A DNA stretch of 64,000 bases from positions 3,638 through 67,637 of the forward strand of contig CAYRUT010000004.1 of NCBI GenBank assembly GCA_964427545.1. Reading direction: 5' to 3'. Position 1 is the first letter of the stretch. Every line of letters begins with the position of its first letter. Positions 17,977-27,083 of the stretch are shown here, piece by piece. This DNA is from an uncultured Bifidobacterium sp. (lineage in GTDB: Bacteria; Actinomycetota; Acidimicrobiia; Acidimicrobiales; Ilumatobacteraceae). Under the pieces are notes generated by a model. That model saw nothing but the letters and a program-made list of their open reading frames with translations. It made no database searches and was not told the DNA's origin. A program made the translations under genes and the position numbers.

Positions 17977-20274
17977 GTGCACAACCAGGTCGGCCTCACC
18001 GCACGTGAGGTGCGCGACCGAACTTCCCGGGGTCTCACCAATTCGTTCCGCCCGGCAACGTCGCGAAGCCTGCTGCAGATAGTCCGGGCCAACGTCTTCA
18101 CCCGCTTCAACCTCCTGCTCGGTGCATTGTTCGTTGTCGTGATCGTCATGCAGTCACCCGTCGACGGGCTCTTCGGTCTCGTCTTCGTCGTGAATTCCGC
18201 GGCCGGCATCGTGCAGGAAGTACGCGTGAAACGTCACCTCGACTCCCTGGCGTTTCTCCATGCCTCGACATCGCGGGTCGTGCGCGACGGCACCGAGGCA
18301 ACTGTCCGGACCGACAGCATCGTGCTCGGCGACCTGGTGCTGCTGACTGCAGGAGACCAGGTGCCCGCTGACGGCACCGTGATCGAATCGTGCAATCTCG
18401 AGACCAACGAGTCGAACCTCACGGGCGAGAGTGGCGCGGTGTCCAAACCCCGCGGAAGCGAGATCTTCTCGGGCACTTTCGTCACCGCCGGCAACGGGGC
18501 GTTCGAGACGACGTCAGTGGGGGCGTCCTCGTGCGTGCATCGACTCACGACACAGGCAAAGACGTACCAACGTGTGCAGTCCGAGATCCAGCGCAGCCTC
18601 GAGACTCTTCTCGTGTGGATCGGCTGGGCCGTGTTGGTCGCGGTGCCCCTGCAGGTCGTGGCAATCGCCCGCTCGGCCGACGGACGGTCGACCAGGTCGG
18701 GCATCCTCCGCGGGGTCGCCGGGCTCGTCGGTGTCGTGCCCGAGGGTCTCGTGCTGCTCTCGACCCTTGCGTTTCTCAACGGCGCGATGATCCTGTCACG
18801 TCGACGGATTCTCGTGCAGGAGCTGCCCGCGGTCGAGGGGCTCGCGCGGGTGAATGTCGTGTGCATCGACAAGACGGGCACCCTGACGACAGGAATCATC
18901 GACTTCGAGAGATGCGAGTACCTCGCCACAGGCGTCGAGAGCGATGTGAACGAGGCCCTGTCGGCCCTGGCTCACGACGCAGATGCAAACAGCACGTTGC
19001 AGGCCGTCGCGCGCGCGGTGCCCGCACCGTCGACATGGTCGCCGGTCGAGCGCGTGCCGTTCGACTCCGCGAGGAAATGGAAAGCCCTCAGGTTCGAGGA
19101 CCACGCGAACTGGTTCCTCGGTGCACCCGAGGTGCTGATGCCCGACGACGACGCCGTGCGCCGACGCGTGCAGTCTCTTGCCGAGACGGGACGCCGCGTG
19201 TTGTTGCTGTGCCGGACCACCGACTGGCGCGCGCAACACGAACTGCCGGGCGGGCTCGAGGCGACCGCACTCGTGGTGCTGCACGAGAGAATCCGGCCGC
19301 ACACGAGAGCCACCCTCGACTATTTCGTCGAACAGGGAGTCCGGGTCATCGTCATGTCGGGCGACAATCCCCACACGGTGAGCGCGATCGCACGTGAGGT
19401 CGGCGTCAGTTTCAACGCTGCCATCGATGCACGTTCACTGGCGAACGACCCCATGGCCGTGCGCGACGCGGTGACGAGGTTCTCCGTCTTCGGGCGTGTG
19501 TCGCCGGAGCAGAAACGCCTGATGGTGCGCGCCCTGCAGGAGAACGGAGACGTGGTCGCCATGACGGGCGACGGCGTCAACGACGTACTCGCCCTCAAGC
19601 GTGCAGACATCGGCATCGCAATGGGAAATGCGGCGCCGGCCACGAAGGCAACAGCCCAGTTCGTGCTTCTCGACAGCAACTTCGACTCGCTGCCGGTCAT
19701 CCTGGCCGAGGGGCGTCGGGTCATTGCCAACGTCGAGAAGGTGGCCGAACTCTTTCTTGCGAAGAACGCCATGAGCTTTCTCGCCATCGTCATCGGGGCT
19801 GTCGCGGGGACCACCTTCCCCGTGTTGCCCCGCCAGATGACGTTGATCTCGGCGCTCACCATCGGCATACCCGCGTTCTTCTTCGCGTTGGGCCCGAACA
19901 CGAGGCGTTTCACCCCCGGCTTTCTCCCCCGCATCGTGCGACGTTCGGTGCCTCTCGGAACCTGCATCGGTCTCAGCGTCGTTGCGGCGGACATCTTCGG
20001 CAACGAGCAGACGGGCACGACCGCGACCCTCGCCGCTCTGCTCTGTTTTCTCGTGGTGCTTGTTCAGGTGTCGCGGCCGGTCGCGGCGTGGAAACTGGGG
20101 TTGATTGCCTCACTTGCGGCGACGGCGTTCGTGTGTTTCTCCGCGTCACCCGCGAGGGATTTCTTCGGCTTCGCCCCCTCGGTGCGCACGGCATCGGTCG
20201 CGATTCTCTGCTCACTGCCGGCAATGGTCGTCATCTCTGTCGCGCACTCACCCGACGACGACCGGAAACGGTGA
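17977..20274 (+). CDS. Cation-transporting P-type ATPase (HAD-IC family)
   Basis: 765 aa with a GTG start. Phosphorylation motif 'CIDKTGTLT' and hinge 'MTGDGVNDVLALKRADIGIAMG'. Confidence 0.9.
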   Translation: MHNQVGLTAREVRDRTSRGLTNSFRPATSRSLLQIVRANVFTRFNLLLGALFVVVIVMQSPVDGLFGLVFVVNSAAGIVQEVRVKRHLDSLAFLHASTSRVVRDGTEATVRTDSIVLGDLVLLTAGDQVPADGTVIESCNLETNESNLTGESGAVSKPRGSEIFSGTFVTAGNGAFETTSVGASSCVHRLTTQAKTYQRVQSEIQRSLETLLVWIGWAVLVAVPLQVVAIARSADGRSTRSGILRGVAGLVGVVPEGLVLLSTLAFLNGAMILSRRRILVQELPAVEGLARVNVVCIDKTGTLTTGIIDFERCEYLATGVESDVNEALSALAHDADANSTLQAVARAVPAPSTWSPVERVPFDSARKWKALRFEDHANWFLGAPEVLMPDDDAVRRRVQSLAETGRRVLLLCRTTDWRAQHELPGGLEATALVVLHERIRPHTRATLDYFVEQGVRVIVMSGDNPHTVSAIAREVGVSFNAAIDARSLANDPMAVRDAVTRFSVFGRVSPEQKRLMVRALQENGDVVAMTGDGVNDVLALKRADIGIAMGNAAPATKATAQFVLLDSNFDSLPVILAEGRRVIANVEKVAELFLAKNAMSFLAIVIGAVAGTTFPVLPRQMTLISALTIGIPAFFFALGPNTRRFTPGFLPRIVRRSVPLGTCIGLSVVAADIFGNEQTGTTATLAALLCFLVVLVQVSRPVAAWKLGLIASLAATAFVCFSASPARDFFGFAPSVRTASVAILCSLPAMVVISVAHSPDDDRKR

Positions 20275-21468
20275 TCAGCGACGTGCGTTGTCGCGGGCGT
20301 GGGAGAAGATCTTGAGGAAATTGCCCGAGTTGAACTTGTCGACGGCCTCACGGGACACGTTCTGCATGCACGACTCGAACCGGGCAATCGGGTCGCGCCC
20401 GCCCTCGGTGTGGGGGTAGTCGCTCGAGAACAGGTAGAGGTCGTCGTTCGAGTGGTCGATGAGACGGCCGACGTCCTCGAACACGAACGGGGTGAACCCC
20501 ATCTGTTCGCGGATCTGTTCCGACGGCTTGCGGGTGAAACCCTTGAGACGCTCGTCGACGCGCGAGTACGCGTGATGGATCTGGTCGAGCCTCACCAGCA
20601 TCTCGGGCACCCAGCCGGCCCCGAGTTCGACGGACGCAAGTTTCAGTCGGGGGAACTCCTCGAGCACACCGTCGAGAACGAACATGCTCACGAACGTCTC
20701 GATGCCCTGGTGCAGGACAGCGGCATCGCGTGCACGCACGTTCTCACCACCGCCCATCCAGTCGCGGGTGACCCCGCGACCGGTGTTGCTCCACTGCGGC
20801 GGGAGCTGCAACGGGTTGCCGCCCACATGGAACACGACAGGCACCTCTGCCTCCTGCAGCAACGCCCAGATGGGGTTGTAGTCGACGTGCGTGGGAGACC
20901 GTTCGCCGGCGAGGCGGTGGGGAATCCACATTGCCTGCAGACCGCCGTCGAGTGCGAACTTCACTTCCTCGAGTGCGAGTTCGGGGTTCTCGAGCGGAAT
21001 CGCCGCGACCCCCATGAGTCGTTCGTCGACCGAGCAGAAGTCGATCATGTGCCTGTTGTGGGCGCGGGCACCGCCGTAGCGCAGGTTGTCGGGAATCTTC
21101 GCGCTGGGCGAGAAAGGCATGTGGAGGCTGTGCGTGGCGAACACGAGTTGTTTGATGAAGCCGAGCATGTCGTTCGCGATCACGCGGTCGTGCTTGTCGA
21201 ACGAGCCCAGGGCCTGGATCTCTTTCACCTCGGTGATCATGCGGTCACCGAGCGCGATGAGCGACTGCTTGTGTTCCTCGGTGTGCTTGGCACCGTTCGA
21301 CATGATGACCTCGACCTCTTCGTCGGTGACGATCGAGCGTCCGTAACTCACCAAGGGAAGCAGGTCGCGGATCTCGGGGTCGGCGAACTTCCGCAGGAAA
21401 TCGGGAAGCTCCATGATGTGGGTGTCTGCGTCGTACAGAATGCGGTCGCCTGCGTAGGTCACGGTCAT
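20275..21468 (-). CDS. Amidohydrolase family protein (metal-dependent TIM-barrel hydrolase, amidohydrolase_2-like)
   Basis: 397 aa with N-terminal 'YDADTHIMELPDF'. Its stop directly abuts the stop of the convergent ATPase gene. Confidence 0.75.
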   Translation of the reverse strand: MTVTYAGDRILYDADTHIMELPDFLRKFADPEIRDLLPLVSYGRSIVTDEEVEVIMSNGAKHTEEHKQSLIALGDRMITEVKEIQALGSFDKHDRVIANDMLGFIKQLVFATHSLHMPFSPSAKIPDNLRYGGARAHNRHMIDFCSVDERLMGVAAIPLENPELALEEVKFALDGGLQAMWIPHRLAGERSPTHVDYNPIWALLQEAEVPVVFHVGGNPLQLPPQWSNTGRGVTRDWMGGGENVRARDAAVLHQGIETFVSMFVLDGVLEEFPRLKLASVELGAGWVPEMLVRLDQIHHAYSRVDERLKGFTRKPSEQIREQMGFTPFVFEDVGRLIDHSNDDLYLFSSDYPHTEGGRDPIARFESCMQNVSREAVDKFNSGNFLKIFSHARDNARR

Positions 21469-21573
21469 TTTCCCCTTGCTGATGTGAGGAGAAAGTTACC
21501 ACCGGTGTCAAATGATGCTCACCGGTCATCTCCCCGTAGGGCTCCGTTCACCGCGGTACGGCAGACTGGCCCC

Positions 21574-22398
21574 ATGAGAATCCTGGTGACGAACGACGAC
21601 GGAATCGACTCGGTTGGGCTTCACGTGCTCGCCAGGGCGATGCAGCCGTTCGGCGATGTCGTGGTCGCCGCACCCGACCAGGAGTACTCCGGTGCCGGAG
21701 CCGCCATCGGCGCACTGCACATCATCCAGCCCGAGGTGCACCGCCGGCACATCGAGGGGCTCGACGAAGCGTGGGCCGTCAGCGGACCACCTGCTCTCTG
21801 CGTGTTCTTCGCGCGACTCGGCCTGTACGGCGACCCGTTCGACCTCGTCGTGTCGGGAATCAACCCCGGTGCGAACGTCGGCCGTTCGGTGTACCACTCG
21901 GGCACCGTGGGCGCGGCCATCACCGCACGAAACGGTGGCATCTCGGGAATCGCGGTGAGCCAGGCGGTCACCGGGTTCGGCATCGAGGGCCAGGGATGGG
22001 ACGACGCGGTCAAGGGCCAGAAGTGGCACTCTGCCGCAGAGGTTGCGTCACGTGTCGTGCAGGGATACCTCGCGAACACCCCGCCCGAACCAGTGGTGAT
22101 CAACATCAATGTTCCGAACCTCGAGATCGGCGACATGAAGGGTTGGCGCCGCACCACGGTCGGCACGATCGTTCCGCGCGCGATGGTGAACGCGAACATG
22201 GAGCCCAAGGAGGGCTACGAGGGGTCGTACTACGTGCGCATGGAGTACGGCGACACGAACAAGATGGACGATCACACAGACGGCGGGGCGGTGGAGAACG
22301 GCGAGGTGTCGATCACCTATCTCGGTCGTCTCGACGATGTGCCGCACCACGGAACAGACGAGATCCACGCCGCACTGTCAGACCTTGTCGACGACTGA
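21574..22398 (+). CDS. surE: 5'/3'-nucleotidase SurE
   Basis: In-frame ATG at 21574: 'MRILVTNDDGIDSVGLHVLARAM...APDQEYSGAGAAI'. The 425 upstream codons of ORF 20299..22398 lie antisense to the amidohydrolase gene and are an artefact. Confidence 0.9.
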   Translation: MRILVTNDDGIDSVGLHVLARAMQPFGDVVVAAPDQEYSGAGAAIGALHIIQPEVHRRHIEGLDEAWAVSGPPALCVFFARLGLYGDPFDLVVSGINPGANVGRSVYHSGTVGAAITARNGGISGIAVSQAVTGFGIEGQGWDDAVKGQKWHSAAEVASRVVQGYLANTPPEPVVININVPNLEIGDMKGWRRTTVGTIVPRAMVNANMEPKEGYEGSYYVRMEYGDTNKMDDHTDGGAVENGEVSITYLGRLDDVPHHGTDEIHAALSDLVDD

Positions 22399-22448
22399 AC
22401 ACCGTCTACTCACGGTGACGGGCCGGTCGCGTCGCTAGCGTCACTCGC

Positions 22449-23318
22449 ATGACCGACTGGCTCTCACTCACCCGGCGTTCGTCGCTCGCGTCGCATCAAC
22501 TCATCGGGTGGATCTTCTGGGACCCGACGGCCAGGGACAACCTCGAGGCACTCGGCGTGCCCGGGGGCATCGGTCATTACATCGTGAACCGCGGTGCACC
22601 GTTGTGCCCTGCGGGGCCCGACGCTCTGTTCGCCGCGTTCTACACGATCCATCGCGACTTTGTGCACGGTGCATGGAACCACACCGCGCGGCACACGACC
22701 GACTGGCATGCAGTGTCGCGCGCACGCGACGAAGCCGTGCTCGCCGGTCTGCAACGCATGACCCCGGGCATCATCGAACCGTTGGGTGCACTCGCCGGAG
22801 CCCTCTGGGGTGTCGTCGATGCGGTGCCTGCGTCAGGTCGTGTCTTGTTCGCCGCGCACAGGTCGTGGCCGAGACCCGCGCACCCGGCACTGAGTGCATG
22901 GAACGCACTGAACGCACTGCGCGAATGGCGCGGTGACACTCACTTCGGCATTCTTGTCGCCGAGGACATCGGGGTCGTGGAGGCGGGTCTGCTTCACGAC
23001 GCGTGGATGGGTTACCCCAAAGAGTGGATCCCCCGCAGCCGTGGTGCAGATGATGCATCCATCGAGGCTGCTCTCGAGAACCTGGGGCGGCGCGGGTTCG
23101 TCACCGACGGTGTCGTGAACGACGACGGTGTCGCCTTCCGCCAGCAACTCGAGGACCGCACCGACGAACTCAACTGCATCGTGTGGCAGACCCTCGGTGA
23201 GGACCTCACCGGATCGTTCCTGTCGATTGTCGAACCGGTGGGTCACCGTTACGTGGAAGAGATCGACTCCACTGCGGGCGACAACTGGATGCCGGCCGCA
23301 CGACCACGACGTCGTTAG
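22449..23318 (+). CDS. Conserved hypothetical protein
   Basis: 289 aa with coding-type codon bias. The N-terminus 'HQLIGWIFWDPTARDNLEALGVPG' resembles uncharacterised actinobacterial proteins. No functional motif. Confidence 0.5.
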   Translation: MTDWLSLTRRSSLASHQLIGWIFWDPTARDNLEALGVPGGIGHYIVNRGAPLCPAGPDALFAAFYTIHRDFVHGAWNHTARHTTDWHAVSRARDEAVLAGLQRMTPGIIEPLGALAGALWGVVDAVPASGRVLFAAHRSWPRPAHPALSAWNALNALREWRGDTHFGILVAEDIGVVEAGLLHDAWMGYPKEWIPRSRGADDASIEAALENLGRRGFVTDGVVNDDGVAFRQQLEDRTDELNCIVWQTLGEDLTGSFLSIVEPVGHRYVEEIDSTAGDNWMPAARPRRR

Positions 23319-24031
23319 GAAACCGCGGCGCGGCGCGGAAGTCCGATGCGCACCGACACCCCGGGCGAGAACATCACATGCGGTTCACCGGCGGGCGGCA
23401 ACAGCCCCGCCGCGGTGACGAGTGAGTCATCGAGAGACACGAGCGATGCGCGGTGCAGTGGCCATCTCTCGTGTTCGACGGGTGCGTAGCGCAGGTTGCC
23501 CCGCAGGCCCCTCGAGTAGAGGCCCCACCGTGCCGACAGGAACACCTGCAGGTCGTCCGGTTGTTCTGTTGCGTCGCCGATGTCGACCACAATCTCGGTG
23601 GCGGCTCTCGACGGCCAGCGACGTTTCACCGACGTGACCAGTGAGTCGTTGACCCGTTCGTTGCGCGCGCTGCCCCAGCAGTACGGCAGGAAATACGTGG
23701 TGCGTGCGACGAACGCGGGAAGCAGCCGGTTCACGTCGAGCGAGAAGAACCACACACCCGGAACACCGTTGTGCCGCACATAGGTGCGCACGTTCACCTC
23801 GGGGAACGAACCGAGGTACGGCACCGCAGGCAACCGCGGAAGTCCGATGTTGCGCATCGAGAACGGAATCAGACCGACCCATGCCGAACCGTCGAAAGTG
23901 TCGACCTCGAGCCCGGCCGGCAGCAGGGCTTTCACCTCGTCGACCGGGTACCGCCAGTGGAGATAGGCGAGATCGCGCCATTGCTGCACCATCACGGCGC
24001 GACGGACCGGCTCGGGACATTCCTGCATCAC
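23315..24031 (-). CDS. DUF2071 (YqjF-like) family protein
   Basis: 238 aa: 'WRDLAYLHWRYPVDEVKALLPAGLEVDTFDGSAWVGLIPFSM...FPEVNVRTYV'. Confidence 0.75.
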   Translation of the reverse strand: MMQECPEPVRRAVMVQQWRDLAYLHWRYPVDEVKALLPAGLEVDTFDGSAWVGLIPFSMRNIGLPRLPAVPYLGSFPEVNVRTYVRHNGVPGVWFFSLDVNRLLPAFVARTTYFLPYCWGSARNERVNDSLVTSVKRRWPSRAATEIVVDIGDATEQPDDLQVFLSARWGLYSRGLRGNLRYAPVEHERWPLHRASLVSLDDSLVTAAGLLPPAGEPHVMFSPGVSVRIGLPRRAAVS

Positions 24032-24096
24032 GGGTCACACGCTACGAGAGGCCGGGAGGTGAACAACCCGTGCAAAGTCGGGATACCGTCACACCC

Positions 24097-24528
24097 ATGG
24101 CTCGCTACGTCACCACAGTCACAAGTTCGAAAACGCCCGAGGATGCATTCCGGTACATGTCCGACCTGCGCAACTTCTCCGACTGGGACCGCAACATCAT
24201 CAAGGTCGAACAGGTCGAGGGAGACGGACCCGGTCTGCATGCGAAGTTCGACATCACCGTGCGCGGTGTCGGCGGGAGGCCCTCGGTGCTGCGCTACGAC
24301 ACGGTCGAGTACGACGAGTTCTCCAACGTTCTGGTGAAGGGCCGCAACACCCTGTTCACATCGATCGACCGCATCACCGTGGCACCGACAGAAACCGGGT
24401 GCACGGTGACCTACGACGCGATTCTCACCGCCAACTGGATAGTGGCACCCATGAATCTCGTGCTCGGCGCGGTGTTCAAGAAGGTCGGCGACTCGGCGAC
24501 GAAGGGTCTGCGGAAAGTTCTGGCCTGA
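24097..24528 (+). CDS. SRPBCC family protein (polyketide cyclase/dehydrase-like)
   Basis: In-frame ATG at 24097: 'MARYVTTVTSSKTPEDAFRYMSDLRNFSDWD'. About 143 aa, the size and pattern of the SRPBCC fold. Confidence 0.75.
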   Translation: MARYVTTVTSSKTPEDAFRYMSDLRNFSDWDRNIIKVEQVEGDGPGLHAKFDITVRGVGGRPSVLRYDTVEYDEFSNVLVKGRNTLFTSIDRITVAPTETGCTVTYDAILTANWIVAPMNLVLGAVFKKVGDSATKGLRKVLA

Positions 24529-24532
24529 CGCG

Positions 24533-24712
24533 TCACGGGCACCCGAGCCCGTGCAGGGTTGCGCACTCGCGGCACAACCACGCCCTGCCCTCCGGCGTGC
24601 TCCACGCCGTGGCAAGGTGCGAACCACACGACATGCAGTCACGGGCATCGTTGGTGCCGGGTCGCACCTTGAACTTCGGCTCCGGATTCTCTGGTATGTC
24701 GGCGTCTGTCAT
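24533..24712 (-). CDS. Small 4-Cys zinc-ribbon protein
   Basis: ATG at 24712 overlaps the MarR stop (ATGA). 59 aa with 'CMSCGSH...CRECATLHG'. GC3-rich. Confidence 0.5.
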   Translation of the reverse strand: MTDADIPENPEPKFKVRPGTNDARDCMSCGSHLATAWSTPEGRAWLCRECATLHGLGCP

Positions 24713-25209
24713 GTCGGCGAGCCCATCAACCACGAGTTCTTCACCTCGTCGTGTGCACGGGTGTCCAGAACCTTACCCAGCAGCCTGATCAACTGACGTT
24801 GTTCGTTCTGCGAGAGTCCGGCCCACTGTTCGTCGTGAATCCTGCGGATCGACGCGTGCAGACGGCCGAACACCCGTCGGCCCTTCGGCGTCGCACGAAC
24901 CACGATGCTCCTCCTGTCGTGATCTGCGCGGGCGCGGCCGACGAGCGACAACTTCTCGAGCTTGTCGACCAGCCGGGTGAGGTCTGCGGCCCGGTTGACG
25001 AGACCGTCGGCGATGTCGCCCATGGGGCGGCCCTGCGGAGACGACTCACGGCACAGCACCCACAACACGCGGAAGTGAGCCTCGGTGAGACCCTCCTCGC
25101 GGCACAGCCTCTCGATGTCACCGGAGAGAGACGTCAACGTGAGGTTCAGGAAAATGTAGGTGTTCCTGTTCAGACGATCCTGTGCTGATTCATGTTCTGT
25201 CGTGGCCAT
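24709..25209 (-). CDS. MarR family transcriptional regulator
   Basis: 166 aa with a winged-HTH region, 'GRPMGDIADGLVNRAADLTRLVDKLEKLSLVGRARADHDRR'. Confidence 0.85.
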   Translation of the reverse strand: MATTEHESAQDRLNRNTYIFLNLTLTSLSGDIERLCREEGLTEAHFRVLWVLCRESSPQGRPMGDIADGLVNRAADLTRLVDKLEKLSLVGRARADHDRRSIVVRATPKGRRVFGRLHASIRRIHDEQWAGLSQNEQRQLIRLLGKVLDTRAHDEVKNSWLMGSPT

Positions 25210-25218
25210 GCGTGGATG

Positions 25219-26994
25219 TCACTTCCGGTGCAGAACCGACAGCAGTGCATCCTGCAGGGTCGCGCGTGGGTCGGTCGACGCACCCATCGAGCGCCACGCC
25301 ACGAACCGGTCGGGCCTCACGAGAATCGCCCCGTTGCCCGCGATTCCCCGGTGCTTCAGCCACGTGAGACGCGGATCGAGATAGTCGCCGCCGAAGTGGC
25401 CGATGCTCACCGCATCGATCTCGATGCCCAGGTCGCGCGCGATGTCGCCTGCTGCATCACACCAGGCGGTGCCGTCCTCGCCCGCGATCAACAGGAAGCG
25501 GTCCGGTCGCACGAGGGTGACTGTCGAGGTTCTCTGCCCTTCGGAATGCTCGACCCACGCATGCGGAAGAGGGTGCCCCGGCCGTGTCTCTGCAATGTAG
25601 AGGCGAATGTCGTCGGGGTTCGGCAACGGGTCGGTTCCGTCGGCCACGACGGCAGACGATGTGTAGGTGTAGCCGTACTCCACGTTCTGTTCCTGGAACT
25701 CCATCGAGTGCTCGGCAAAACAGTCACGTGCCATCTGTCTGAATTCGTCGTCGGCAGGGTCATTGCTCCACAGGCGTGCGAGATGTGACCATTTCTCGTC
25801 GACCGTCATCGTCTTGTCGGACAATCCGAGCTTTCCCCACGTGATGCTCCATTGTGCGGCGTTCTCGAGTGACCGGCGGACGTTGCGCTCGACAACCGGC
25901 CGGCGTTCGGTCTCGTATGTCGACAACAGAGCAGGGCCCGCCGCGCCCGCGACGACCGCAGCGAGTTTCCAGCAGATGTTCTGCACGTCGTGCATCGCAC
26001 TCGTCAGCCCGAGGCCACCCGTGGGCGGGTGCCGGTGAGCCGCATCTCCGCACAGAAAAATGCGACCGTCGGAAAAACGCTCGGCAACGATGCCCTCTGT
26101 GGCCCACCGCGAGATGAGATGAATCTCCACCGGATGGTCGCCGATACCGAGAGCCGACCTCATGTCCTGTTCGACGGTCGCGTCATCCAACGAGCGAGGG
26201 TCGTCATAGGGGTAGTTCAGGTGAACGACCCATTCTCTTGATTTGGATCCCCAGACACCCGGGCCCATCGGCACCATCACCACCTGGTGGCCGAGCTGCG
26301 GCATGCCGACCCAGCGGATCAACACATCGTCATCATCGTTCCACCGGGTGAAGTCTGTCGAGATGTGGAACGACACCTGGCTCGCGGCGCGGCGCAGCCC
26401 CACCATCTCGATGCCCAGCAGCCGACCCACGGTCCGGCCGCCGTCACATGCGAGCACGTAGTCGGCACGCACGGTGTACTCACGGGCAGAGTCCTTGTCG
26501 ACAACGGTCGCAGTGACGCCGTCGGAATCCTGTTCGATCGCCGTGAGTTCGTGATGGAAGCGGACCCGTCCGGGGGCGAGATTCTCCGCTCCGCGGCGAA
26601 GAATCGGCTCGAGCCGGATCTGCGGCAGGTTGGTCGACAGCAACGGACTCGCAGCGACCCACGTCTCGTTGCGACCGCCCGTTCCCCAGCACTCCATCTT
26701 CGCGATGCGACGACCCGCATCGGGGTGACCGGCGAAACCCACGTAGGCGGCGGTGTACGAGAAGTTCTCGGGTGGCGTGCCCTCTGCATACACCTCGTCT
26801 GCCACCCCGCAGTCAGTGAGAATCTCCATTGCGCGCTGGTTGAGGATGTGCGCCTTCGGCAACACCGATGTGGTGGGCAACGAACTCACCAGGTACGAAT
26901 CGACACCCAGCTTCGACAGCAACATCGAAGCGGTCAGACCGGCACCGCCGCCACCCACGATCAGAACAGATGTCTCGATGTCGGCCATGGCCAC
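25219..26994 (-). CDS. FAD-dependent aromatic-ring hydroxylase (PheA/TfdB-type monooxygenase)
   Basis: 591 aa. Dinucleotide fold 'VLIVGGGGAGLTASMLL' and 'RIFLCGDAAHRHPPTGGLGLTSAMHD'. Confidence 0.85.
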   Translation of the reverse strand: MAMADIETSVLIVGGGGAGLTASMLLSKLGVDSYLVSSLPTTSVLPKAHILNQRAMEILTDCGVADEVYAEGTPPENFSYTAAYVGFAGHPDAGRRIAKMECWGTGGRNETWVAASPLLSTNLPQIRLEPILRRGAENLAPGRVRFHHELTAIEQDSDGVTATVVDKDSAREYTVRADYVLACDGGRTVGRLLGIEMVGLRRAASQVSFHISTDFTRWNDDDDVLIRWVGMPQLGHQVVMVPMGPGVWGSKSREWVVHLNYPYDDPRSLDDATVEQDMRSALGIGDHPVEIHLISRWATEGIVAERFSDGRIFLCGDAAHRHPPTGGLGLTSAMHDVQNICWKLAAVVAGAAGPALLSTYETERRPVVERNVRRSLENAAQWSITWGKLGLSDKTMTVDEKWSHLARLWSNDPADDEFRQMARDCFAEHSMEFQEQNVEYGYTYTSSAVVADGTDPLPNPDDIRLYIAETRPGHPLPHAWVEHSEGQRTSTVTLVRPDRFLLIAGEDGTAWCDAAGDIARDLGIEIDAVSIGHFGGDYLDPRLTWLKHRGIAGNGAILVRPDRFVAWRSMGASTDPRATLQDALLSVLHRK

Positions 26995-27021
26995 CCCCTG
27001 CCGCGAGATGGTAGCCCCTGA

Positions 27022-27039
27022 TATTTGTTGTCACAAATA
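27022..27039. promoter_or_regulatory. AT-rich perfect palindrome TATTTGT-tgtc-ACAAATA (candidate MarR-type operator)
   Basis: 7-bp perfect arms with a 4-bp spacer, 28 nt upstream of the GTG start of the 25219..26994 hydroxylase. This is the most AT-rich spot in that intergenic region. Confidence 0.4.
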
Positions 27040-27083
27040 ACTTGCCGCGCCGGCAGCGAAGCCTCTGCAACCGGGTCAGAACA

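Noticed and set aside
20299-21573. First 425 codons of the 699-aa plus-strand ORF 20299..22398
   Set aside because: It lies entirely antisense to the well-supported amidohydrolase gene, and its sequence is low-complexity (Val/Arg/His/Glu-rich). The SurE homology begins exactly at the internal ATG 21574.
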